Shown: piece after piece, positions 8,546 through 16,439 of the stretch
Position numbering within the stretch: position 1 is the stretch's first letter
How the letters are laid out: each line of letters starts with the position of its first letter
NCBI GenBank assembly: GCA_965200025.1
Contig: OZ241325.1
Coordinates: forward strand, 1,178,743-1,242,742
Direction of reading: 5' to 3'
Source: Bdellovibrionales bacterium
GTDB lineage: Bacteria > Bdellovibrionota > Bdellovibrionia > Bdellovibrionales > UBA1609
DNA: 64,000 nt
The notes under the pieces: generated by a model
Seen by the model: only the letters and a program-made list of their open reading frames with translations
Told to the model about the DNA's origin: nothing
Database searches by the model: none
Program-made: the position numbers and the translations under genes

Positions 8546-11500
8546 TTTTTTGTTGCCTCAACAGAAGTGATAATCTCTTCGGTGAGTTTTACAATTTTGT
8601 CTTCTGGTACGGTTTTCAGAAGAATTTGATAAAGGTCCATTTTGAGTTGGCGTTTTTCTTCTGAGCTGCTGTAAAAATGAGTAAATTTATCAAAACTTTC
8701 AGACATTTGTACGGCCAAATCTTCAAACTGCTTAAGTTTTTGCTTTTTAAGGGGCCAGGCGATGGTGGCCTCCTGAAGAGACAACGAGCTGTTTTGTGCA
8801 AGCTTTTCCGCTTCCCGGGCTTCATCCACAAGCTTTAGGGTGTGCTTAAGAGCTTCAGAGGAGCTTTGCTGGCTTTCTTCAAAATTCTGCATAATCTGAT
8901 CTGCTCTTTCAGAGATGGAAATCAAGTGGGGTTTTTCCCTACTGTGTTCCTCTGTTTCTTTTCTTATGGACTGTATAAGGTCTATCACTTTCTTACTGTC
9001 CAGGTCATTACTGCTCTTAACATGTTTTAAGGTGTGTTCATCAATGGAATAGATTTTCACAATACCTTTAAAAAACTTTAAGTGGGCTGTGTTTTGTATC
9101 AGTGCCTGTGTTTTTTTGGTGACTTCTGCAATAAAGTCTGTTTTTTTCCGGTAAGCTTTTTGAACAATCAGGTAAAGATCCACAATATGCTGATAGGGTT
9201 TTATGTAAGGTCTGAGTTCCGCATCGGGGGAAAGTATTTCATACAAAGCTTGCAGTTTTTGAAACTGATCGGAAAACCGTTGTCTTTTTTGCGGATCCCG
9301 CATTTTTTCATAAACAAATTGCTCCAAAAGTTTGTCATAAGTTTTCAGATGGAAAGTGAGATAGGGTTTTAAGTCTTTTGTTATCATGGATTTAAATTTT
9401 TGCATCATCACATTTAAGTCTTCGATCACCGCATTTACTTCACCGGAGTCAAAAGTGAGGGCTTTTTTCATGGATTTAAAAACTCCCACAAAATCCACAA
9501 TCAGGCCACAGGGTTTTTGTATGCCTTGTGCATCTTCATAAGGCCTGTTGACCCGGGCCATAGCCTGAAGCAACACATGGTCCCGCATGGGTTTATCCAT
9601 ATACATACAGTAAAGGAGGGGGGCATCGTAACCGGTGAGCAGTTTATCGGTCACAATCAAAATCTCAGGGTCACAGGCAGGTTTTTTAAAAAGTTTTCGG
9701 ACACTGTGTTCTTCTTCTGTGTTGATGTGATATTTTTTTAACAGTGCTGAGTCATTGTGACTTTTGGTATAAACCACTTGTGACGCTTCCGGGGCAAGGT
9801 GTTGGTCCAGTTCTTTTTTATAAAAGGCACAGGCTTCCCTGTCCACAGCCACCAAAAAAGCTTTGTAACCAAGGGGTTTTACATTTTCTTTAAAGTGATG
9901 GGCCACAAACCGGGATACAGCTTTTATACGATCAACTGATTTTAAAAAAGTTCTTAGATTCACAGACCGGGTTAAAATTTTGTTAAGTGTTTCTATATCA
10001 CTAATGCCTTCTGTATCTGTGATGTTAAAAAATTCTTTTTCCAAAAGCTGATCTTTCACTGTAAGTGTGTTGGGTGCCAGTGAGTATTTGATTTTTAATG
10101 TGGTGCCGTCCTCTATAGACTCGGCAATGGAGTATTTGTCCAAATAGCCTTCTTTGTCATATTTTCCAAAAACTTTAAAAGTGCCTTGTCCCTGGTTGGT
10201 TTTATCTATAGGGGTACCGGTGAAGCCAATCAGTGTGGCTTTTGGCAAGGCACCGGTGAGGTAATTGCCCAGGTCTCCTTCTACAGATCTGTGGGCTTCG
10301 TCCATAAAAACATAAAAATTATCTCTGGTACAGATGTTGGCTGGTATGTCTTTAAATTTATGTATCATGGATATAATCAGTCCTCTAAAATCACTTTTGA
10401 GAATGTGGAGCAGGTCTGTTTTGGAATAAGCTTTTTTAATGGCAATGGAGGTGTTTTTCATTTCTGTAATTATTCTTTCGATCCACTCGTAAAGCTGCCC
10501 TTCCAGCTCGTTTCGATCTACGATCATCAGTACTGTTGAATTTGCTTGCGATTGAAGGATAAGCCTTGCGGCTGTAATCATGGTAAAGGTTTTGCCAGAT
10601 CCTTGGGTGTGCCACACCAAGCCTCTGTTTTTGGAAGGGGTTTTGCATCTTTGGTTGATTTTTTCAACTGCTCTGGTTTGGTGTTGCCTGAGGATGGTTT
10701 TTTGAAGCTCCCCCTCTTTAAGGTAAAACAACACCCACTGGTTTATCATTTTAAGAAAGTGAGTTTTGTTAAAAAAACTCAAAACTGCCTGTTCAAAACT
10801 AAGGCTTTCGTTCCCCTGCACACTACCCTTCGCGTATACATCAGCACCTCCGCTAACACCGTCAATTTTATTAGTAGCACCGTCATTTCCGCTATTAGCA
10901 TCATCATTCCCGCTAACACCGTCATTTCTGTGTGCAGTGTCTTTTCCACCAGCACCTTCATTGCTGCTAATATCGTCATTCCCATGAAGCTTCTTACTAC
11001 TGTTAGCATTGTTATTTTTATGAAGCACGTCATTCCCGCGAAAGCGGGAATCCACTTTCCAGTTAAAAACATTTTTCCGTGTGTAATTCCATGTCACTCC
11101 ATAAAAATACTCAAAAGCATCGGTAATATTAAAAACTTGTGTGCAGGATAAAATTTCTGGGGTTTCACTTTCAAGTCTTTTAATCTGAGCAAGAGCTTGT
11201 TCCATGCTGTCTGTAACACCTGGTTTTTTGTTTTCCACAAGAGCCAGGGGAAGGCCATTGATGAGAAACATAACATCGGGCCGGTTGGTTTTATGGGGAT
11301 TTGTAAAAGTCCACTCTTCGGTGACCTGAAAAGTATTGTTTTCAGCATTTTCAAAATCAATCATTTTCACTTGGCAGTGGCGTTTTTCTTTCGCGTCAAA
11401 ATAAGTTTGATGGCCTTTAATCCAGTTTAAGTGAGCTTTGTTGCCTTCAATGGTATCTGGCAAACTGTTTATTTGACGCAACAACTCTTCCACATTGTTT

Positions 11501-11679
11501 GAGGTTAAAAAACCGGGATTCAATTTTATGAGAGAGAGTTTTAAGATGTCATAAAAAAACTTTCCAGTGGGGCCTTTTCTTAAAGCAAGAGCTTGTTGCG
11601 GGGGTACATACTCCCACCCGGCTTTCTCTGCATATTTGAGAAGTGGTTTTTGTACCACTTGTTTTTCCGTCAAACCCAT
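8542..11679 (-). CDS. hsdR: Type I restriction enzyme R subunit
   Basis: The ORF runs to 11727, but the likely start is the ATG at 11679 (MGLTEKQ). PD-(D/E)XK motif RPDVMFLINGLPLALVENKK. Helicase motif I TQGSGKTFT and motif II FMDEAHRS. Carries an in-frame G/N/D-rich insertion. Confidence 0.9.
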   Translation of the reverse strand: MGLTEKQVVQKPLLKYAEKAGWEYVPPQQALALRKGPTGKFFYDILKLSLIKLNPGFLTSNNVEELLRQINSLPDTIEGNKAHLNWIKGHQTYFDAKEKRHCQVKMIDFENAENNTFQVTEEWTFTNPHKTNRPDVMFLINGLPLALVENKKPGVTDSMEQALAQIKRLESETPEILSCTQVFNITDAFEYFYGVTWNYTRKNVFNWKVDSRFRGNDVLHKNNNANSSKKLHGNDDISSNEGAGGKDTAHRNDGVSGNDDANSGNDGATNKIDGVSGGADVYAKGSVQGNESLSFEQAVLSFFNKTHFLKMINQWVLFYLKEGELQKTILRQHQTRAVEKINQRCKTPSKNRGLVWHTQGSGKTFTMITAARLILQSQANSTVLMIVDRNELEGQLYEWIERIITEMKNTSIAIKKAYSKTDLLHILKSDFRGLIISMIHKFKDIPANICTRDNFYVFMDEAHRSVEGDLGNYLTGALPKATLIGFTGTPIDKTNQGQGTFKVFGKYDKEGYLDKYSIAESIEDGTTLKIKYSLAPNTLTVKDQLLEKEFFNITDTEGISDIETLNKILTRSVNLRTFLKSVDRIKAVSRFVAHHFKENVKPLGYKAFLVAVDREACAFYKKELDQHLAPEASQVVYTKSHNDSALLKKYHINTEEEHSVRKLFKKPACDPEILIVTDKLLTGYDAPLLYCMYMDKPMRDHVLLQAMARVNRPYEDAQGIQKPCGLIVDFVGVFKSMKKALTFDSGEVNAVIEDLNVMMQKFKSMITKDLKPYLTFHLKTYDKLLEQFVYEKMRDPQKRQRFSDQFQKLQALYEILSPDAELRPYIKPYQHIVDLYLIVQKAYRKKTDFIAEVTKKTQALIQNTAHLKFFKGIVKIYSIDEHTLKHVKSSNDLDSKKVIDLIQSIRKETEEHSREKPHLISISERADQIMQNFEESQQSSSEALKHTLKLVDEAREAEKLAQNSSLSLQEATIAWPLKKQKLKQFEDLAVQMSESFDKFTHFYSSSEEKRQLKMDLYQILLKTVPEDKIVKLTEEIITSVEATKK
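10806..11055. repeat. In-frame 18-21-bp minisatellite ending in a hairpin element, inside hsdR
   Basis: About 11 degenerate tandem units containing (C)ACCGTCATTCCC end in GTCATTCCCGC-GAAA-GCGGGAATCC (hairpin at 11032-11051). Translated in HsdR as FRGNDV..HGNDDIS..RNDGVSGNDDANSGNDGAT.. Confidence 0.8.
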
Positions 11680-11760
11680 CACCCACCTTATCCTTATTTC
11701 AGAATTATAAAACAACAACCTGCACACTATACTCTTAAACCACCCGATTTTATCAGCAAA

Positions 11761-11872
11761 TTATCAAACATCTACATTCCCACAAACACCATCATTCCCG
11801 TAAATCCCGTCACCCCAGCAAGCACCACCATTTTCACAAACACCGTCATTCCCGCGAAAGCGGGAATCCAGT
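11761..11872. repeat. 18-bp minisatellite plus hairpin element (intergenic and Fic 3' end)
   Basis: Five degenerate units CACCNTCATTCCCNNAAA end in GTCATTCCCGCGAAAGCGGGAATCCAG (hairpin at 11848-11867). Same orientation and structure as the array inside hsdR. Confidence 0.75.
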
Positions 11873-12691
11873 TAAATTAATTTTATTCTTTTTTGCATAA
11901 ATACCTTTTTCCAGCATAAAAATTATATTATCTGCAAATAGTTTTTCAAGGTGACTTATATCCCCCGCATCTGAAAACTGAACAGCTTTAATATACTCCT
12001 CCCGATGATTAAAAACCATAGGTAAAAAGTCCAGGCGAATTAAAATATAGTTCATTAAAAGTCTTATCACCCGGCCATTACCATCATCAAAAGGATGAAT
12101 AAGGATAAATCTTTTATGAAGTCCAGCCAAAAAAGAAACAAGACTTTTATGTTTATCTGCTTCTTTTTTTTTGAGCCAGTTTTGTATCCATTGGGTGAGG
12201 TTTGCCATAAAAGCAGGTGTTTCCTCTGGAGTGGCAAACCGAAAAAGTGTTCCCGTTTTTGTTAAAACATGGTTGGGGCTTGTTTTGTATTTACCGGGGA
12301 TAATTTTTTTTCTTGTTGGCTCGCCCTCAGAGGTTTGAGCTATTTTATAAAAAGGCTCTTTAAGGCAAATTTTGTTAAGGTCTCTTATATCCCCTTCGGT
12401 GATAAGCCGTTTATCTTTGGCTGTTTTGCGGATATATTCAAAGGCTACATCATGGGCTTTCATTTCTTCATACTCTCTGATTTCATGATCACCAGTGGTG
12501 CGGCCATGGATAAGCAGCAGCTGTGTTTCACTATAAGAGAGTGTATTGCCTTCAAAATTATTAGACAGATGATTAAAATTTATACGAATCCACTGCCACA
12601 AGGATTGATAATTTTCCGTTGGAAGGGGCTGACAAGCTCGCCAAGTTTTATAAAGCTCAAAAATCTTATTTACATTATTTATTTGCATCAT
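11846..12691 (-). CDS. Fic/DOC family protein
   Basis: 281 aa. Fic motif HPFDDGNGRVIRLL. N-terminal inhibitory-helix-like motif SNNFEG, matching (S/T)xxxE(G/N). The last 7 codons and the stop lie inside the hairpin element. Confidence 0.85.
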   Translation of the reverse strand: MMQINNVNKIFELYKTWRACQPLPTENYQSLWQWIRINFNHLSNNFEGNTLSYSETQLLLIHGRTTGDHEIREYEEMKAHDVAFEYIRKTAKDKRLITEGDIRDLNKICLKEPFYKIAQTSEGEPTRKKIIPGKYKTSPNHVLTKTGTLFRFATPEETPAFMANLTQWIQNWLKKKEADKHKSLVSFLAGLHKRFILIHPFDDGNGRVIRLLMNYILIRLDFLPMVFNHREEYIKAVQFSDAGDISHLEKLFADNIIFMLEKGIYAKKNKINLTGFPLSRE

Positions 12692-12734
12692 TCTTCCTTA
12701 TTGAATTTAAAATCTTTTTTTTAATTTGCTACTT

Positions 12735-14429
12735 TTATATTAAAATTTTATTTTTTATAAAATCTTTAAACTGATCCACATCTTCCTTTGTTAAATTACT
12801 CATCACTTTTTTACTTAAAAAATTCTTTAACTTATTTATAGATTCAGTATCTTTTTTGGAGTAACTATAGTCTCCATTTTTATTTTTTGATAGAATTCTT
12901 GAAAATAGCTCCATATTGAAAGCATCTTTTAAGAATCTTAAAGGATATAAACTCTCAATACCCTTTAAGTTTTTTGATCTATCATTTACTAAATTTTTTG
13001 GCCACTGAACAATTGATACACCATTAATATTATTGATCATATTCCATTTTTGATTGTCTACATCCCAATCTAATAAAATAATAATTCTTGTGTTATAGAT
13101 GCTGAATCGATCTTTAATTAAGTTTTTATTATTTTTTATATACCTCTGAATAGTATCCTTACCCCCAGAGTCTCTATCACCTTCTAGATCTGAAAGACAT
13201 GTGATATGAGTATTCAACTGATCTAAATCTAAAACAGTTACTATTCGTTTAAAAAAATTAACATCTGTTTTTCCTTCACATAAAACAATACTTTTTCTTG
13301 GAAAAAAAAGCAACGGATGGGTATAATGACTTATACCTAATTGGGTAGCTTTTCTATGTACATTTTCTGGAGCAACATCTTCACAATGAGTAGTATTATC
13401 TATCTTTTTAAGGAACACAGATTTTTGTGAATGATCTGCAAACATGGTTGAGTGGGTGGTACAGAAGATCTGTAATCGACTTATTTTTTCTGTTACCATT
13501 TTGAATAAAAAATGTGCTAAATGAGCCTCAAGATCAGAATGTAAGGAGGATTCAGGTTCTTCCACAGCCCATATAGTGGCTTGCTTCCATCCAAACTTTT
13601 GTGCATAGTCTTTGTCAATTAGATTCAACGTGTGAAACATTAAGAAACTCTGGATTCCTGATCCTTGATAAGTATCTTTTATTCTAATATTGTCAGTACT
13701 TATAAAATAACCAGAAGTTGAGATCAGATCCTCTATTAAAGATGGGGTAACCAACTCAACAGAATGATTACCTTTATACACTTGTTTAAAAGCATCAGAT
13801 ACAGGTTTAATTAATTCGTTTGCAGATTTTTTTATTGATTCTGATAAATTATTAGCAGCTCTTTTTATTTTTTTCTTGTCTTTTCTTTGTATATTGAATT
13901 TTCTTATAACAGCTTTTCTTATATTATTTGTTTCTTTTTTCATAATCTCTACAGGGAGTACTCTATTTGGAATATACCTGAAATTTATCAGTGCCAAGAA
14001 CCGTCCTATATGTTTGAAGTCATTATCTTTAACTGGTTTATCGTTAAGATTTATTTTATTATCATGGTTTTCTCTTCTAAATATTTTTCTTATTTTTATT
14101 TGTCCATTTTTACTATCTTTTAAAATAAAATTTCTAATATAGGTCATTCTTTTCTGAAATTTAAAATTTTCTGGTAAAACAAAGGTGACAGATATCCTAA
14201 TTTCTTGTCTTTTTTTGGTTTTTTTGGAAGATATATGAAAATCTGTATCAAAATCAAAGTCTGTTCCCTCATCAGTTTTATTATTAAAAAATAGATTTAA
14301 AGCTCTTAATATATTTGATTTTCCTGAATTGTTTAATCCATATAAAGAGTTAAAATCTTTTATATTAGAAATTTTACATTCTTTTATTGATCTAAAATTT
14401 TTTATTTCTACTTCAGTAATCAGTTTCAT
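12735..14429 (-). CDS. OLD-family / PARIS-like ABC-type ATPase fused to a TOPRIM (DUF4435-like) nuclease domain
   Basis: 564 aa. N-terminus EIKNFRSIK, Walker A GLNNSGKSN, Walker B region IWAVEEPESSLH. C-terminal TOPRIM pattern IVLCEGKTDVNFF..DSGGKD..IILLDWDVD. Visibly more AT-rich than the flanking hsd genes. Confidence 0.7.
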   Translation of the reverse strand: MKLITEVEIKNFRSIKECKISNIKDFNSLYGLNNSGKSNILRALNLFFNNKTDEGTDFDFDTDFHISSKKTKKRQEIRISVTFVLPENFKFQKRMTYIRNFILKDSKNGQIKIRKIFRRENHDNKINLNDKPVKDNDFKHIGRFLALINFRYIPNRVLPVEIMKKETNNIRKAVIRKFNIQRKDKKKIKRAANNLSESIKKSANELIKPVSDAFKQVYKGNHSVELVTPSLIEDLISTSGYFISTDNIRIKDTYQGSGIQSFLMFHTLNLIDKDYAQKFGWKQATIWAVEEPESSLHSDLEAHLAHFLFKMVTEKISRLQIFCTTHSTMFADHSQKSVFLKKIDNTTHCEDVAPENVHRKATQLGISHYTHPLLFFPRKSIVLCEGKTDVNFFKRIVTVLDLDQLNTHITCLSDLEGDRDSGGKDTIQRYIKNNKNLIKDRFSIYNTRIIILLDWDVDNQKWNMINNINGVSIVQWPKNLVNDRSKNLKGIESLYPLRFLKDAFNMELFSRILSKNKNGDYSYSKKDTESINKLKNFLSKKVMSNLTKEDVDQFKDFIKNKILI

Positions 14430-14503
14430 TTTTTATTCTCCTTATTTTTTATATATTTTGATCAGAAAAATGTATAAATTCATTTAAACCTTTATCATTC
14501 ATT

Positions 14504-15997
14504 TTATTGCTCCATCAACTTGGTATTAATTTTTAGATTATGAATGCGTGTTTGACCAGTCATAAGTTGGGTGAGAGTGGTTTTAAACAGGTCTTCCAAA
14601 GTGGATTTTTTATTCCTGTGGTTTGTGATTTTTTGATCTATTTTTTGAAAAATTAAAGCAATTCTTTCTTGCTCTCCCAGCGGTGGCACCGGGACTCTAA
14701 ACTGAAGTAATCTTTGACTAGATAAATTAGGAATGGTGGTTCGGTTCCCAAAAGTCCCATAGATATTTAAAATGCGAATAGCACAGTCCATCCAATACAT
14801 ATAAAACAACGGGATACTTGTGGCATTCTTTGCTCTAAGTCTATGAATATGGTTTTGATAATAACATTCTGAGAGCTCATTATTCCAAATAGCTGTACGA
14901 CCTATATCTCCACCTTCACAAACTAATAGGTCATTTTTTTTCAATGCAAGTGATTCTCTGTCTTTATTAGGAATATCCATTTTATCTACTTTTGATAAAT
15001 CTAAATAACCCCAAAATACATTGGCAGTTCTGAGAAATGGCTTTAAATATAACCCAGTTTGATTCTTTGCCGATAAAGACTTACCTTGTTTTAGGTAGAA
15101 TAAATCTTCAATACATTTTATATCCCAGTACGGAGGAAAGAAACCAATTGCAGTTTGCTTTGTGGTGAGTGGATTCCCGCTTTCACGGGAATGACGAGCC
15201 TTCTGAGGAGAACGACTTGCAGTACCTCTTATGCCGTAAGTGAAGAGGTACTTCATGGTGGATTTTTTGAGTTCCTGTGTAACCTTGATCAACCTGTTTT
15301 GAGCCTCTATGGCCTTTTGTATGCAGGATAAAACTCCTGCAATTTTCTTTTGCTCTCCCAACGGCGGCACCGGAACTCTTAAGCTTTTTAACTTTCCTTG
15401 ATTTATGGATGACTGATTTACCGCTCTTCCAGAAATTCTAATAAACAATTTTTTTTCTTTATAGAAATTAAAAGTATAGTTTAAAAAATACGGATTAAGA
15501 ACATTCAGATTAGTACGGAATAAAAGTAAATTCATCCCATGTAGTAAATATCTATAATTTTTATTAGATATACCTGTTTTACCAAGGTGAGGTTCACTGT
15601 TGATATGACTAAACAATATATCACCTTTTTTAATCAAATACTTTCTAAATTTATCTGTTGAAATATTTGACACAAAACGAGTTTTTTCAATATTCAAGTA
15701 CCCATCACTAATTGTTTCAATCCTGGTAATACGATACTCACCACTGAATCTATTTTGTTTATCTGTTAACCCATTTCCCATATGTAATAACAACTGTGGT
15801 TTTTTTTGACCAAGAGATGCTATGTTCCAATGTGAGGGAAAGGTGTCAATTTCGGTCTGCTTTGTAATTGAAGGCTGAAAATAGAGTGTGGATTCCCGCT
15901 TTTGTGGAAATGACAAACCTTGCGGAGTTGAGGGATACACATTCCTTAACCCAATTACTGGCCAAGTATTATTTATTTTTTTAACTTCTTTTTTCAC
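14504..15997 (-). CDS. hsdS: Type I restriction enzyme S (specificity) subunit
   Basis: 497 aa. Two target-recognition halves, each followed by a conserved helical region (VPPLGEQKKIAGVL.. and VPPLGEQERIALIF..). Confidence 0.9.
   Translation of the reverse strand: MKKEVKKINNTWPVIGLRNVYPSTPQGLSFPQKRESTLYFQPSITKQTEIDTFPSHWNIASLGQKKPQLLLHMGNGLTDKQNRFSGEYRITRIETISDGYLNIEKTRFVSNISTDKFRKYLIKKGDILFSHINSEPHLGKTGISNKNYRYLLHGMNLLLFRTNLNVLNPYFLNYTFNFYKEKKLFIRISGRAVNQSSINQGKLKSLRVPVPPLGEQKKIAGVLSCIQKAIEAQNRLIKVTQELKKSTMKYLFTYGIRGTASRSPQKARHSRESGNPLTTKQTAIGFFPPYWDIKCIEDLFYLKQGKSLSAKNQTGLYLKPFLRTANVFWGYLDLSKVDKMDIPNKDRESLALKKNDLLVCEGGDIGRTAIWNNELSECYYQNHIHRLRAKNATSIPLFYMYWMDCAIRILNIYGTFGNRTTIPNLSSQRLLQFRVPVPPLGEQERIALIFQKIDQKITNHRNKKSTLEDLFKTTLTQLMTGQTRIHNLKINTKLMEQ
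15170..15195. repeat. Hairpin element copy inside hsdS (before TRD2)
   Basis: GGATTCCCGCTTTCACGGGAATGACG, translated as HSRESGNP in HsdS. Confidence 0.75.
15889..15914. repeat. Degenerate hairpin element copy inside hsdS (before TRD1)
   Basis: TGGATTCCCGCTTTTGTGGAAATGAC, translated as PQKRESTL in HsdS. The right arm is decayed. Confidence 0.6.
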
Positions 15998-16029
15998 TGT
16001 TCAACCTTTTATTATACTGATTTTAAATT

Positions 16030-16395
16030 TTATTTTTTATCTTTCTTTTTTAAAGTGACAGGTTTGGATTTAACTTTTTTACTGCCTTTCAGTAAAACAA
16101 CATAGTTCTTTTTTATTTCCTTATGGAAACTTTTAGGTAACATAGTCCAATCTCTCGCCTCCATCAAAAAAGGAATGTTGGACTCTGTTAAATCCTCCTT
16201 TAATTCATAAAGTTTTACAAGATCAATTTTTTTTAATTTAGGAGTCCTTAGTACTAAATCCAAGTCGCTCCCAGAATGACTTTTACCACTTACCCGGCTG
16301 CCATAAGTCCATACATCCACTTCTGACAGATGCTTTTTAAAAAGTATCTCTAACTGCCTCCTGTGCTTGGACAATAAATGAATCTTTTTATTCAT
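16030..16395 (-). CDS. Minimal nucleotidyltransferase (MNT-like, Pol-beta superfamily)
   Basis: 121 aa with motif GSRVSGKSHSGSDLDLVL (GS..x..D-x-D). No adjacent HEPN partner is visible. Confidence 0.7.
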   Translation of the reverse strand: MNKKIHLLSKHRRQLEILFKKHLSEVDVWTYGSRVSGKSHSGSDLDLVLRTPKLKKIDLVKLYELKEDLTESNIPFLMEARDWTMLPKSFHKEIKKNYVVLLKGSKKVKSKPVTLKKKDKK

Positions 16396-16439
16396 TTTAA
16401 CCTCTTTTTTTGTTTTAGTTTTCCGGGCTTATCATATTT

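Noticed and set aside
10806-11872. Could the short tandem repeats be a CRISPR array?
   Set aside because: The units are 18-21 bp and contiguous with no unique spacers. They lie in frame within hsdR or in its upstream spacer, and no cas genes are present.
10546-11880. ORF-track entries 10546-11151(+), 10766-10987(+), 10779-11072(-) and 11593-11880(+), with peptides such as VIPAKAGIH/VIPAKAGIQ and IPAFAGMT
   Set aside because: These are alternative-frame translations of the minisatellite/hairpin repeats. They overlap the well-supported hsdR frame or the repeat-filled spacer, so they are not independent genes.
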